Shown here piece after piece: positions 12,001-23,800 of a stretch of 64,000 nt of DNA (positions are counted from its first letter, which is position 1; each line of letters begins with the position of its first letter). The notes under the pieces are model-generated. The model saw only the letters and a program-made list of their open reading frames with translations. It searched no databases and was not told where the DNA came from. The translations under genes were made by a program, and so were the position numbers. Origin of the DNA: Mytilus edulis (Eukaryota); assembly GCF_963676685.1 (NCBI RefSeq), contig NC_092345.1:92628001-92692000 (forward strand). The letters are read 5' to 3'.

Positions 12001-14802
12001 TAAATTTAAGTAGCCATCACAGCTTTGAAGAATTAGATAAATGCAAATTTATTTATGTTAAGCTTGGTCTTAATGAGTTAAATAAATTAAGTGACAGTTT
12101 TTTGTGATTTGCTTATTGAAATTTGTCGAAGATGAACTGTATTTCTGACTAAAAGAAAAGGATCCATGTGTTTTTGCTTAGCTGACCAACCCTATTGTTA
12201 TTTTTTTTTGATCATTTTTGAATAAACAACATTAAAGTCGAACTGCTTTTCTGATTCAAACCTGTAAAAAATTATCGAAAAATAAAATTATTTCCTTACC
12301 TACCAATCCTGATTTTTTCAGCATGTTAGCACACAACAAAGTGAAGTGAAAATTCTTTAAGATACTTTCCATGCCTGTCTAGATTTGTTTATGATAAATG
12401 TATGCTCCAATATTGAATTAACAAAATGATGGAATGTATATTGCAATCTTTTCCTTACATTAGAATAGTAACCCACGGTTGAAGGATATTAGAATTGGCA
12501 CTTTTCTCACTTCCAAATGTTTGAAATGACAATGACATTTATTTACTCTTGCAAACAGCAACCCAATAACATAAAAAAAAGCCAAGAAGAGACATTATAT
12601 TTATGTAACAGAGGTCAACTAACTGTAACAGTCTAAACAAGGGTTGAATATTATAAAGACTACCTGTACCAAAAGTGTGGAATCAATGCCAAATATTTTA
12701 AAGTTGAAAAAGCTCTCTAAGAATTATAAAAAGAGAACCACTTTCGAGGCTCCTTACTTAGACTTGATATATTTTAGGGTAAATCTTGTTATTAGAGGGT
12801 TGAATACCACAAAGTACAACCAATTAATAGTGTCTTCATACAATGTATTTGGTAGGAGAATGTGTGTCAAACAAAAACTAATTTGAAATATAGTCTGTCT
12901 CACTTGGATATTCATGCAAATTTTGGATTAACACTGATACATGATACTCACATAAAAACCAAACATTTAACAAGATAACTTATAATTTTGCTCATGAAGG
13001 AGCTTGTTAAGGGATAAAGTTGCATAGCAATATCCTCACCAAACTAATAATTGTAGTTTGTATATAATGAATTATTTTAGCAATCTTTCGATTTCTATCA
13101 ATTTAAAAACTGATACTTGATATTTGATCAATTTCAGGCTGCAGATGCTTCAAGAGAAAGAAAAAAGAAGATTATTACCCAACAGGAAGCATTGAAATTT
13201 GGAAAATCATTAGAGAAAGCTACAAAGGCATTAAAATCTGCTGCTGAGAAAGAATATGCTACTAAGCCAAAATCTAAAGTTGATACAGGTTGTGCTAGTA
13301 AAGGACATTGTGAAGGTCAGGACTCTAAGCCAGACCCATCATGTGTCATCAAACCTCAATCTACCTCAGAAACTCCATTAACAACGAAATTCTCTGTTCC
13401 ACTGACTAGTTCTACAACAGAAAAAATTGTTCTGTCTAGTTCAACTAAAGGAAGTGATGGAGCTACTCAGCGAAAACAAATTGATGAAAAAATAGTAAGA
13501 ACTACAAGTGATACAAAGGTACCACCTTCTTCACTGTCTTCTACAGAAGAAGAAAATATTAAAAGGTCAGCTGCTAAATTGTCCATTCAGAAAAATGCAG
13601 CACGAGCAGCCTTCTTTAGTTCTCTTACAACACCCCCTACTTCCCCATCAGAGGAAAAAAAGGGGGTATCTCCTGATTCAAGAGATTCACCAACTCGAAC
13701 GACAATGGACTACACTGTTCGTATTTCGCCATGTCGTTCAACTGTGTCAGGAGCAACTAAGTATATTGTGAAGGATAGTACTAACATCAAAAGTAGTTCA
13801 TCAGCAACACGTCCTACAGCAAAAGTGTCATTTTCATCACCATCGTCATCATCATCATCGAGTGATTCTAGTCCTTCACCAAACTCTCCTATTTTAGTAA
13901 GTGCTAGAGCTTCAAATATTCCTAGGTTTTCTGCTAGGCCAGAAACTGAATCTCGAGAAAAATTTACATATCAAAAAGAGGCAACTGTGCAAAAACCTTC
14001 TATTTTGAAAAGTTCTGGTTCAAGAAGTGACCAAAACAAATCAAAGGAGGTGACATTGACAGGAAGTGATAAAAACATTTCTTTTGAAGATAAACAAGGA
14101 GAAAATTCAAGGTCAAGTGAATCAATTCTTAAAATCAGTGATCAAGAAAAATCTAAGGAAATTTCTCCCTCAAATGTACAAACAGTGCCAAGATCTCAGT
14201 CAGAAACAGTATCAAGTCCATCAAATAAACCTGATGTTCGACCAAAGAAAATCCCTCCTCCACCTCCTCCTAGACGGAGTAGTAAACTTGTTAGGAGTGG
14301 CCCTGGACTAATGTCTCCTGTGGGTCAGGATGAAAGTAAATCTGACATTCATGATTCAATCATCGTAGCGGGAAATAATGATGGAACCGTGAAATCTGCA
14401 ACTACTTGTACTTCTACACCAAAACCTGCTATTCCTCAAAAACCTTCTAGAATTACTCGCGATCGAATCTTATCTGATCAGTCTAAACAGACAGTAGAAA
14501 AAAATACAAATTTAAATGGTGCAGCCATTAAACCTAAATCATCTGTTGATGTGAAAAAAGATTCAGATGAGTTAGGACATGAAGATCGTGAAGGCAGCAT
14601 AGATAGCAGTGCTAGTTCTAGTAGTAGTAGTGAATCACAACAAAGTGTTGTAGAAAAAGACAGATCTACAGCCACAACACCAAATGGGGGACCCTCAACC
14701 AGGAAACCTAAACCCCCACCACCCGTTAGGAAATCTAGTCTAGCTGATAGTTTTGAAGAAAAATCAAACAGTGGTAAAACTGATGATGTTAATAAAAGTT
14801 AA
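5..14802 (+). CDS. AIP3/Bud6-domain coiled-coil protein (SRCIN1/p140Cap, KIAA1217/sickle tail, Drosophila CG32809 family), 5'-partial, spliced
   Basis: Exons: join(5..91,3733..3920,4185..4303,7407..7537,7834..7909,10317..10400,11028..11178,13138..14802). All junctions are GT-AG and phase-compatible. The translation includes DLESSVEEMREDVISRQCRVNLADVEGMALVL...RFPGLQDHMKKVMSGEMEVVIKEEKFLKDEPDRIEEALKRCKRLTGTLFTLKR, resembling the SRCIN1/KIAA1217 AIP3 core (FPGLQ..M...FLKEEP.R...LKRC), and LLDNIQAVVPDHQSRLQSIKAAD, resembling Bud6. The first exon (5..91) is less certain. Confidence 0.85.
1861..2086. mobile_element. MITE with ~16-bp TIRs and 6-bp TSD
   Basis: Ends GAGGCCCCTCATGGGG and CCCCATGAGGGCCCTC. 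TCTAAC at 1855-1860 and 2087-2092. Internal TAATCA(A/C)ATAATCA repeats. Confidence 0.8.
2566..2702. mobile_element. Small MITE (CAGTGG...CTCTG)
   Basis: Imperfect TIRs, with ATAAT duplicated at 2561-2565 and 2703-2707. Confidence 0.6.
4237..4631 (+). repeat. Tandem array of 5 x 79 bp comprising an exon 3' end plus its 5' splice site
   Basis: Unit starts at 4237, 4316, 4395, 4474 and 4553. Each unit carries GG|GTATGT. Confidence 0.95.
4810..5658 (+). mobile_element. Helentron-associated non-autonomous element (HINE/DINE-like), same family as 22331-25537
   Basis: 5' end TTTTAGCTCAACTGGCCCGAAGGGCCAAGTGA. 3' end GGTGAGCGACACAGGCTCTTTAGAGCCTCTAGTT (subterminal IR plus hairpin). ~1.5 copies of the ~500-bp core; inserted in a T run. 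Confidence 0.8.
5860..6045 (-). pseudogene. Degraded hAT-type transposase N-terminal zinc-finger fragment
   Basis: Across frameshifts it reads KKSKYLAKFNS/AWISDFKWCRSCTKGQDHA/HSCKADFSGTNDLTKLMETATHQ, resembling the KF..W...F.W....A.C..C..DFS....ND...H motif of TTF-type zinc fingers. A CAGAGTTGTCAA hAT-like end lies at ~4685. Confidence 0.5.
8278..9868. mobile_element. Non-autonomous hAT-type element with a nested insertion
   Basis: TIRs CAGGGCTTCCAAAA / TTTTGGAAGCCTTG. 8-bp TSD GTTTGACC at 8270-8277 and 9869-9876. Confidence 0.85.
8425..8977. mobile_element. TTAA-flanked (Kolobok-like) non-autonomous element nested in the hAT element
   Basis: TTAA|GGCTCGAGCGTATA ... TAGACCCGCGAACCCCC|TTAA; the left end is partly eroded. 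Confidence 0.55.
13138..14802 (+). CDS. Large terminal exon of the AIP3-family gene: S/T/P/K-rich disordered tail
   Basis: Acceptor atttcAG at 13131-13137, then 1665 nt open to TAA. Contains an SxIP-like SNIP and PPPPPPRRSS / PPPPVRKSS motifs. Confidence 0.9.
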   Translation, partial: AADASRERKKKIITQQEALKFGKSLEKATKALKSAAEKEYATKPKSKVDTGCASKGHCEGQDSKPDPSCVIKPQSTSETPLTTKFSVPLTSSTTEKIVLSSSTKGSDGATQRKQIDEKIVRTTSDTKVPPSSLSSTEEENIKRSAAKLSIQKNAARAAFFSSLTTPPTSPSEEKKGVSPDSRDSPTRTTMDYTVRISPCRSTVSGATKYIVKDSTNIKSSSSATRPTAKVSFSSPSSSSSSSDSSPSPNSPILVSARASNIPRFSARPETESREKFTYQKEATVQKPSILKSSGSRSDQNKSKEVTLTGSDKNISFEDKQGENSRSSESILKISDQEKSKEISPSNVQTVPRSQSETVSSPSNKPDVRPKKIPPPPPPRRSSKLVRSGPGLMSPVGQDESKSDIHDSIIVAGNNDGTVKSATTCTSTPKPAIPQKPSRITRDRILSDQSKQTVEKNTNLNGAAIKPKSSVDVKKDSDELGHEDREGSIDSSASSSSSSESQQSVVEKDRSTATTPNGGPSTRKPKPPPPVRKSSLADSFEEKSNSGKTDDVNKS

Positions 14803-16007
14803 TGATTGTAATTAGTATTACGTTAAATTCAGGGCTTTGTTGAAAATATTTGTTCATATACAAAGGCTTAAAACAGAGTGTCGGCATATATTGTCATATT
14901 ATTTTCTTTTAATACTCTTGCAGAATTTTCTGTATAATTTGCCATGTATTGCTTTCACATAAGCTTTTTCTTAAAAGTGGTTCAGAATCCAGATTTTCCC
15001 CTTATTTTAAATGTGACTAAATTGATTCAAATATAGAACACATTCAAAAGCTTAAAATAGAGTAGCTTTAATTTATCAATTATTTGTCGTTGCTATTTTA
15101 ATTTTAAGTTTGCTGAAAAATGTGTGTAGATATTAGTGAAGAATTAACTTTCAGATTTAATGGTTGTTTTAGTATGGTATCTCTTACATTGTCTGTCTGT
15201 CTGTCAACATCTTTGATTAAGTAGGTCAATACTGAACAGATAAAAAAAGTTATCTATTTTATCAAAATAATGACTTGGATATACAGTAGTTGTTGTTTAA
15301 GTTTTAATTTCCTGGCAAATAAAATCTGTATCTACATTTTGCATGGATTTGGACAATGGATGAAGTTAAAGGTCAGTCAGCAATAGCAGTATTCTGAGCT
15401 AATGTCCAAATTCCTAAATCTTTGTTATTATTAATTATTGTTCGATGTTTTTTTGGACAGCCAAAATAGAAAATTTAGTACCATTAGCTGTTTTGAAGAT
15501 GAAAATATGCAAGGGCATTCCTATTTATCATACTGCCTTAGGAATAGCTATTTATGAACATCTATCATTTTCATAGACTTGTAACAGAACAAAAAGATAT
15601 CATGCATTGATCATGTTGATATATTTAATGTTCATATGCTGTGCATTTACTTCATATTTTAACATTTGACACTTCAAGGAAAGGTATTAATGTTTTTACT
15701 TTTGATACATGTTATGTTTATTAAAGGTGCTTATTTTGTGTAACTGGCATGTTATATATTTCTATTTTTTCTTGTTATGAACCAGAAGGGTTGTGAACTA
15801 TTTATTTATACACAAAAGTTAGTGCAATATTGACTATTGGGTTGTTTCCCCTTGTCCTATACATAATGTTAAATGTACGTTATTGAAAAAAAGGAAGACA
15901 TACACTGTTGTAGGTGAAAAATCACTTAATTTGTTCAATTTTATTGTTTTTTGTATAAAATGTATGTGACTGATAGGAACAATTATGATTGCTATAAAGC
16001 AGTAGTA

Positions 16008-16207
16008 CTATGAATTCATTAATATCTGTGGGTACCAATTTCCGTGGATTGATGAAAACTTTATTTTTTGTGGATATTTGATTTCGTGGTTTTCCAAAAG
16101 TCTGCATTTAATCTCATAGCAAATTTGCAATTCGTTGAATATTTAAATTCGTGGCTACTCTGCACCCTAAAAACATTGGTATCCAACAAAGAATACTGAA
16201 TCCGCAG
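16008..16207. mobile_element. TA-flanked Tc1/mariner-type MITE; related copies at ~20073-20273 and 48968-49175
   Basis: TA|CTATGAATTCA...TGAATCCGCAG|TA, with shared TTTCGTGG internal motifs in all three copies. Confidence 0.7.
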
Positions 16208-16544
16208 TAATCTTTAGATTTAAACCAACATTTATTACGTTATAACTTACAGAAGATTGAGAGAATTTACTCTTATTTGAACAGTCATGCTAATTTACTC
16301 AGTTTTTTTTTGTTTCTTTACTGTTATGCTATAGGAATACATTAACAAAAAAAAGGCACTTTTAAGGAATTCTTTGGTACTGTAATTTTACTTTATGAAA
16401 TATTTGTAGGAAACCATTCTCTGGCTGTTTGTCTTTGTTTTAAATGCTTTTTTTTAAGACTGTTTGACTATATTTGCTTAATTTTAACTGAAAAAATAAT
16501 TTTTGTTATGGCTTAAATTACATGGATTGCTAATTATTTATAGT

Positions 16545-16935
16545 ATAACTAATCGCCGTATTTGAATATCAAAAATAAGACAACGCGTGACCGAACGACG
16601 CATGGATTAAACGAGTGCGCAGCACGAGTTTAATCCATAGCGGCGTTCAGTCACAAGTTGTCTTATTTTTGATATTCAAATACGGCGATTAGTTATTCTT
16701 TTTATTACATTGGCAAATGGCTTTTTTTTTATGAAATTAATGTGGAAAATGTAAGGAACTATATCTTTTTCCTACGCATTGACAATTTGTTTTGATCCGA
16801 CGTTATCGACGTCTTGACAACGCCTATTGTTGTATGACGTCAGAGAGTGAAATAACCCCGTTTATTTCACATGTGAAATTATCGGTTTTTATCTAACTGG
16901 GAAATCAATGTAATTCATTGCAACCAATGTAATAA
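16545..16935. mobile_element. Palindromic hairpin element (possibly Crypton-derived non-autonomous)
   Basis: Near-perfect ~152-nt hairpin at 16545-16696, plus a second IR pair TTATTACATTGG...CCAATGTAATAA at 16702-16935. CpG-rich compared with its flanks. Confidence 0.6.
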
Positions 16936-19544
16936 TTATTGTTAGCATGTATGTTAATAATAGGGAAATATAATAAACAGAAATAGAATTATTTTATTAT
17001 ACTACTGATACAATTTAAGAAGACAAATGATTTAAGGTCAAATAAGGTCAGAAATGGTACCTTCTTTTTTCAGTCTTTTTACATGAGGTTGAAAACTAAA
17101 ATAGTAATTTGTTCTGGTGAAACTTGTGATGAAACTATGGCCCTTAGACTTACAAAAATCATGGAATTTTACTACTTGTGGAATGATTCCTTGATGTCTT
17201 TTTACTGTATCTTAAAATGTTGAGCTATTTTTTTGTATGTTGTGTAATACTGCATTTGTTCTTCTTTTGAGAAGTATGGTCCTTGCTCTTTCTTCTTTTA
17301 ATTCTGTGTCATTCTTTTTTTATTTATTTTTTATTTGATAAGGATATGTTCCAATTGCAAGTTATTTAGATATATTTAAATCAAGAAGTTGAAATGGCTT
17401 TAAATTGTCTGATTTAAGCTTTTATGTTTTGAAAATTTACATATTATGCCATCTCAAACAAATTCTTCTTTAAAGTGTTATAATATTTTATGAGATAATA
17501 CAATGTCAGGTTCACATGCCATGCTTGAAGCGAATTACTATGAATGTCTTACATAGTGCTTCTGGTGAAAATACAAAAGAATGGAAATTTAAAAAAAATA
17601 TTATTAAAAAATTAAATTATGAAACTAAATATCTCTGCATTTTAAGGAGATCATGTTATTGATATTGAAATTGTATGATGATGTCAGATCTAATTATAAT
17701 TATGTACTTGCAGAATATGAAATTGTTGAAAGCATTTATGTTGTTGTTGTTTTTTTTAATTACATTTCTAGAAAGAAAGCAATAGGAAAAAAATGTTGTG
17801 CCTATGATTGATTGATTGATCTTTTGTGTTTTAACACCACTTTAAAGCGCTACTTTTTGGCTATTTGGTGGTGTAATATAAGTTCACTTAGATTGGCATT
17901 TAATAGAGATGGCAGTCAAATATACATGTATTAAATCAACTGGAAAATGTGCACTAAGTAAAAAAAAAAGTGCACACACTGAAATGTCTCACCTGCTTTA
18001 CTTATGATTAAAATTATGTTGAATGTTTAATATGAAGGTTTTACTACAAGTATCACATAAACTTAACATTATCAATGATTCATGAAAATGAGTTAAATCA
18101 TTCAAGACTCACACATTACAATCATGCCATACACAAAATATATAGTGGTCAGACTGCTTTAAGTATTTGATAACCTGACAAAACCACAAAAACATGGCAT
18201 TAACCTAAGTCCTGAAAAAAGATCTTCTTTATGTTATTCCTGCCAGGTTTGTTTAGTTTGACCTATTGGTTAAATTATGTTTTAAGTCACAGATTTTTAG
18301 GTAGATTTTAAAATAGACCCATTATAGTAACATAAATGCCGAAACTGTTTCGTAATGATCTTGCTCTTTTATCCAAAGTAACATGTTTACACCACCTTAA
18401 TTGTCAGAAGTTTGCTCATGCCCAATTGCAAAATGGCTTACAAAAAGGATCAATTTAAAAAGCTTTGGTTGAGTTGGCTCTAGGATTGCAGAAAAAAACC
18501 ATCAATACAGATATTAGATTTATAAGCCTCTTGATTAATTTGTGGAGATTTGTAGCAATCAGCTCATCTGTCTTGTCACAATTTGTTTTTGCTCTCTTAT
18601 TTAAAAAAAATTGGCATGATAATTCGCCACTAACCTAGAAGCATTTGCATGTACAAGGAGGAAACTATATATTGAAAGTCATGGTAAAAAATTTAGCCAT
18701 CCCCTGGGCATATGTACAAAAATCTTCTTTGTTTTAAACTTGTCCAGTACATAATACCCCTATTTCCAGAATACGAAAAAACCATTTCATGGATTAACTT
18801 GGCATTTTATTTCAACACTCAGTGGTGTCAAGTGCACATACAAGAAATTCCTACATTGATGATCCATTTATATAACATGTATGAATCAACATGATACATG
18901 TATAAACAATGGATGAACTTTGACACCCGATGAATTATACATGTACAAAGAGGACACATTGACAGACATGGTGGAAAAAAATACATGGTCTACCTATTGA
19001 TATTTAAATGCCAACATTGAAACACAATTTCTATAAAAAAAAACTAATGTCACTTCCATTAGCAGTCTCTATTTTTATGTTGTTCATGGGTAAACATATA
19101 TGCTTTGTTTAAATGGAATACCCCTGATTAATTGCATCATAATTTTCTAATTGTGATACTTGTAGTTGGACCTCTTTGATGGATTCTATCATTATCCTCT
19201 AGCAGTAATGTTGATTACTATAACTATAAATCATTTGGTTAAGGTAACCTAGAAACAAAAATGCAAAACAGCCAATATGTATTTTCATATATTTAAGGAG
19301 TAGTAGTATGATTTTCAATGAGACCGCTATCCACAAGAGACCAACATATGTAGATGTTTGCAACCATCATGATCATAGGCAACCATACAGCCTTCAACAA
19401 TGAGCAAAATTCATACTGCATAGCAAGATATTAAAGGTGCCAACAAGACGAATTGAGCTAAGGTCATATATATTATGGTTGTTAATATATTGAATTATGG
19501 ATCGGCTTCATAATCAATTTTTATATCAGTATTAAACATAGTAC

Positions 19545-20040
19545 ATAAGAATGTATACACAGAAATGTCTCACCTGCTTTACTTATCATTATCATTATTG
19601 AAATTATGTTGAAAGTCTGTAGCACAAAGTTTTTACTATAAGTACCCAATAAACTTGATCCATGTAAATGTAAAGAAATCCCATCAGATTGACGTGTACA
19701 CCTTTCAATTATAGCATACACCAAATTTAGTTAGCCTAAGCCTATTTCTTGTAGCATCTGAGAAATGGATAGTAATTATGAAAACTGAACATCAATGAAC
19801 CATAAACACAAGTTCAAGGTCAGATGAACAATGCAAGACACACATGCACACCTTTCAATCATTTCATACACCAAATATAGTATCACTAATGCTTATGGTA
19901 TCTGCAAAATTTACCAAATCCAATAAACCATGAAATTGGGGTCAAGGTCACATGAAACCTGCCAGACAGACTTAGATACCTTGCAATCATAACCTACACC
20001 AAATACAGCTGATCTGTTCCTGATGTTATCTTAGAAACAG
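19545..20040 (-). repeat. Degenerate HINE-like repeat (AAGAGTGCACACACTGAAATGTCTC family); copies at ~17965-18230 and ~32718-32995
   Basis: Shared terminus and decayed ~120-bp cores (GGTCAAGGTCAGATG...CAGACA...TACACCAAATA). Confidence 0.55.
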
Positions 20041-20800
20041 AGTTTCATTTTAATATTTCTGTCTTCCAAATACCGTGGATTGTTTTATTTATGTGGGTTC
20101 AAATTTTCGTGGATGGGGAAAAACTTACATTTTCTGGGATATTTTATTTCATGGTTTTGCTGCAATCTGCATGCAAGCCTTAAGATCATTTGTTATTGTT
20201 GAACATTTAATTTCGTGCTTTAACTACCCATGAAATCTATAAAAATTGATTACAAATAATGATGAACCAATAGCCAAAACACAAAATATGAAAATCAGTC
20301 ACTATGAAAGAGCAAGAAGTCAAAAAAGGAGTTGACTGGTGTATCTTGTATTGGTGGTCATTTCATTCAAGAATATTGCCTAAAATGCAGAAAAAGGTTA
20401 AAAACAAATTGGAAGTTTCGATATTAGAGCAGTTTTTCAAACACTATAAGCAACAGGTTAATAATATTTAGTGTATAGATTGACTTCTGGTTTACATGGT
20501 CATAGCGTAGGGTTCATCTGATTTAGTCCTTATGTTTTTAGATCATTAATAAAGTAAATAAATAAACTCATCATTGTAAAGTATATATCATGCCTGCAGT
20601 TATAAAACTTAAATATGAAAAACATTCAAAATGAAATTCAATAATGACCAGTAAAGTATGCCACAACATTTCAGATTCTGCTTATATTTCGGATATAAGC
20701 CAAAAACTGCAGATTTACCTTTGTACAATTTTAGCAAAGGTTATGGTAGTTCATGAATTAAAATCTTGGACACCCTTTATAAACTGACCATTACAAGAAA

Positions 20801-23800
20801 AACTAGGGGCTCTCAAGAGCCTGTGTCGCTCACCTTGGTCTATGTGCATATTAAACAATGGACACAGATATTTAATTCATGACAAAATTGTGTTTTGGTG
20901 ATCGTGATGTGTTTATAGATTTTACTTTACTGAACATTCTTGTTGCTACAATTATCTCTATCTATAATGAACTTGGCCCAGTAATTACAGTGGAAAATAC
21001 TTTCTAAAAAATTACAAAAATTTACAAAAATTTATGAAAATTGTTAAAAAATGACTATGAAGGGCAATAACTCCTTAAGGGGTCTATTGACAATTTTTGT
21101 CATGTTGACTTGTTTGTAGATCTTATTTTGCTGAACATTATTGCTGTTTACAGTTTATCTCTATCTATAATAATATTCAAGATAATAACCAAATCTGCAA
21201 AATTTCCTTAAAATTATTAATTCGGGGCAACAACCCAACAACAGGTTGTCAGATTTGTCTGAAAATTTCAGGGCAGATAGATCTTGACCCGATAAACAAT
21301 TTTACCCCTTTGTAAGATTTGCTCTAAATACTTTAGTTTTAGAGATATAAGCCGAAATCTACATTTTACCCCTATGTACTATTTTTAGCCATGGCGGCCA
21401 TCTTGGTTGGTAGACCGGGTCATCAGACACATTTTTTAAACTAGATACCCCAATGATGATTGAGGCCAAGTTTGGTTAAATTTGGCCCAGTAGTTTCAGA
21501 GGATAAGATTTTTTTAAAAGATTACTAAAATTTTAGAAAAATGGTTAAAAATTTACTATAAAGGGCAATAACTCCTTAAGGGGTAAACTGACAATTTTGG
21601 TCATTTCGACTTATTTGTAGATCTTACTTTGCTAAACATGATTGCTGTTTACAGTTTATCTCTATCTATAATAATATTCAAGATAATAACCAAAAACTGC
21701 AAAATTTCCTTAAAATTACCAATTTAGGGCCAGCAACCCAACATCGGGTTGTCTGTTTTGTCTGAAAATTTCAGGGCAGATAGATCTTGACCTGATAAAC
21801 AATTTAACCCCGTCAGATTTTCTCTAAATGCTTTGGTTTTAGAGTTATAAGCCAAAATCTACATTTGACCCCTATGTTCTATTTTTAGCCATGGCTTCCA
21901 TCTTGGTTGGTTGGCAGGGTCACGCCACAAATTTTTTAAACTAGATACCCCAATGATGATTGTGGCCAAGTTTGGTTAAATTTGGCCTGGTAGTTTCAGA
22001 GGAGAAGATTTTTTAAAAGAATACTAAAATTTTAGAAAAATGGTTAAAAATTGACTATAAAGAGCAATAACTTTGCTGAACATTATTGTTGTTTACAGTT
22101 TATCTCTATCTATAATAATATTCAAGATAATAACCAAAAACTGAAAAATTTCCTTAAAATTACTAATTTGGGGGCAGCAACCCAACAAAGGGTTGAACAA
22201 TTTGTCTGAAAATTTCAGGGCAGATAGATCTTATCCTAATAGACAATTTTACCCCTGTCAGATTTGCTCTAAATGCTTTGGTTTCAGAGTTATAAGCCAA
22301 AATCTACATTTTATTCCTATGTTCTATTTTTAGCTCACCTGGCCCAAAGGGCCAAGTGAGCTTTTCTCATCACTTTACGTCCGGCGTCCGTCGTCCGTCG
22401 TCCGTCGTCCGTCGTCCGTCGTCGTCCAGCGTTAGCTTTTACAAAAATCTTCTCCTCTGAAACAACTGGGCCAAATCAAACCAAACTTGGCCACAATCAT
22501 CATTGGGGTATCTAGTTTAAAAAATGTGTGGCGTGACCCGGTCAATCAACCAAGATGGCCCTATCTGCCCTGAAATTTTCAGATGAATCGGTCAATCGGT
22601 TGTTGGGTTGCTGCCCCTGAATTGGTAATTTTGAGGAAATTTTGCTGTTTTTGGTTATTATCTTGAATATTATTATAGATAGAGATAAACTGTAAACAGC
22701 AATAATGTTCAGCAAAGTAAGATCTACAAATAAGTCAACATGACCAAAATGGTCAGTTGACCCGTTTAGGAGTTATTGCCCTTTATAGTCAATTTTTAAC
22801 CATTTTTCGTAAATTAAAGTAATCTTTTACAAAAATCTTCCCCTCTGAAACTACTGGGCCAAATCAATCCAAACTTGGCCACAATCACCTTTGGGGTATC
22901 TAGTTTAAAAAATGTGTGGCGTGACCTGGTCAACCAACCAAGATGGCCGCCACGGCTAAAAATAGAACATAGGGGTAAAATGCAGTTTTTGGCTTATAAC
23001 TCAAAAACCAAAGCATTTTGAGGAAATCTGACATGGGGTAAAAATGTTAATCAGGTCAAGATCTATCTGCCCTGAAATTTTCAGATGAATCGGTCAATTG
23101 GTTGTTGGGTTGCTGCCCCTGAATTGGTAATTTTGAGGAAATTTTGCTGTTTTTGGTTATTATCTTGAATATTATTATAGATAGAGATAAACTGTAAACA
23201 GCAATAATGTTCAGCAAAGTAAGATCTACAAATAAGTCAACATGACCAAAATGGTCATTTGACCCGTTTAGGAGTTATTGCCCTTTATAGTCAATTTTTA
23301 ACCATTTTTCGTAGATTAAAGTAATCTTTTACAAAAATCTTCTCCTCTGAAACTACTGGGCCAAATTAATCCAAACTTGGCCACAATCTTCTTTGGGGTA
23401 TCTAGTTTAAAAAATGTGTGGCGTGACCTGGTCAACCAACCAAGATGGCCACCACGGCTAAAAATAGAACATAGGGGTAAAATGCATTTTTTGGCTTATA
23501 ACTCAAAAACCAAAGCATTTTGAGGAAATCTGACATGGGGTAAAAATGTTTGTTAGGTCAAGATCTATCTGCCCTGAAATTTTCAGATGAATCAGTCAAT
23601 CGGTTGTTTGGTTGCTGCCCCTGAATTGGTAATTTTGAGGAAATTTTGCTGTTTTTGGTTATTATCTTGAATATTATTATAGATAGAGATAAACTGTAAA
23701 CAGCAATAATGTTCAGCAAAGTAAGATCTACAAATAAGTCAACATGACCAAAATGGTCAGTTGACCCGTTTAGGAGTTATTGCCCTTTATAGTCAATTTT

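Noticed and set aside
13508-14675. Overlapping ORFs 13508-13771, 14066-14311 and antisense 14478-14675
   Set aside because: Alternative-frame shadows of the real terminal exon.
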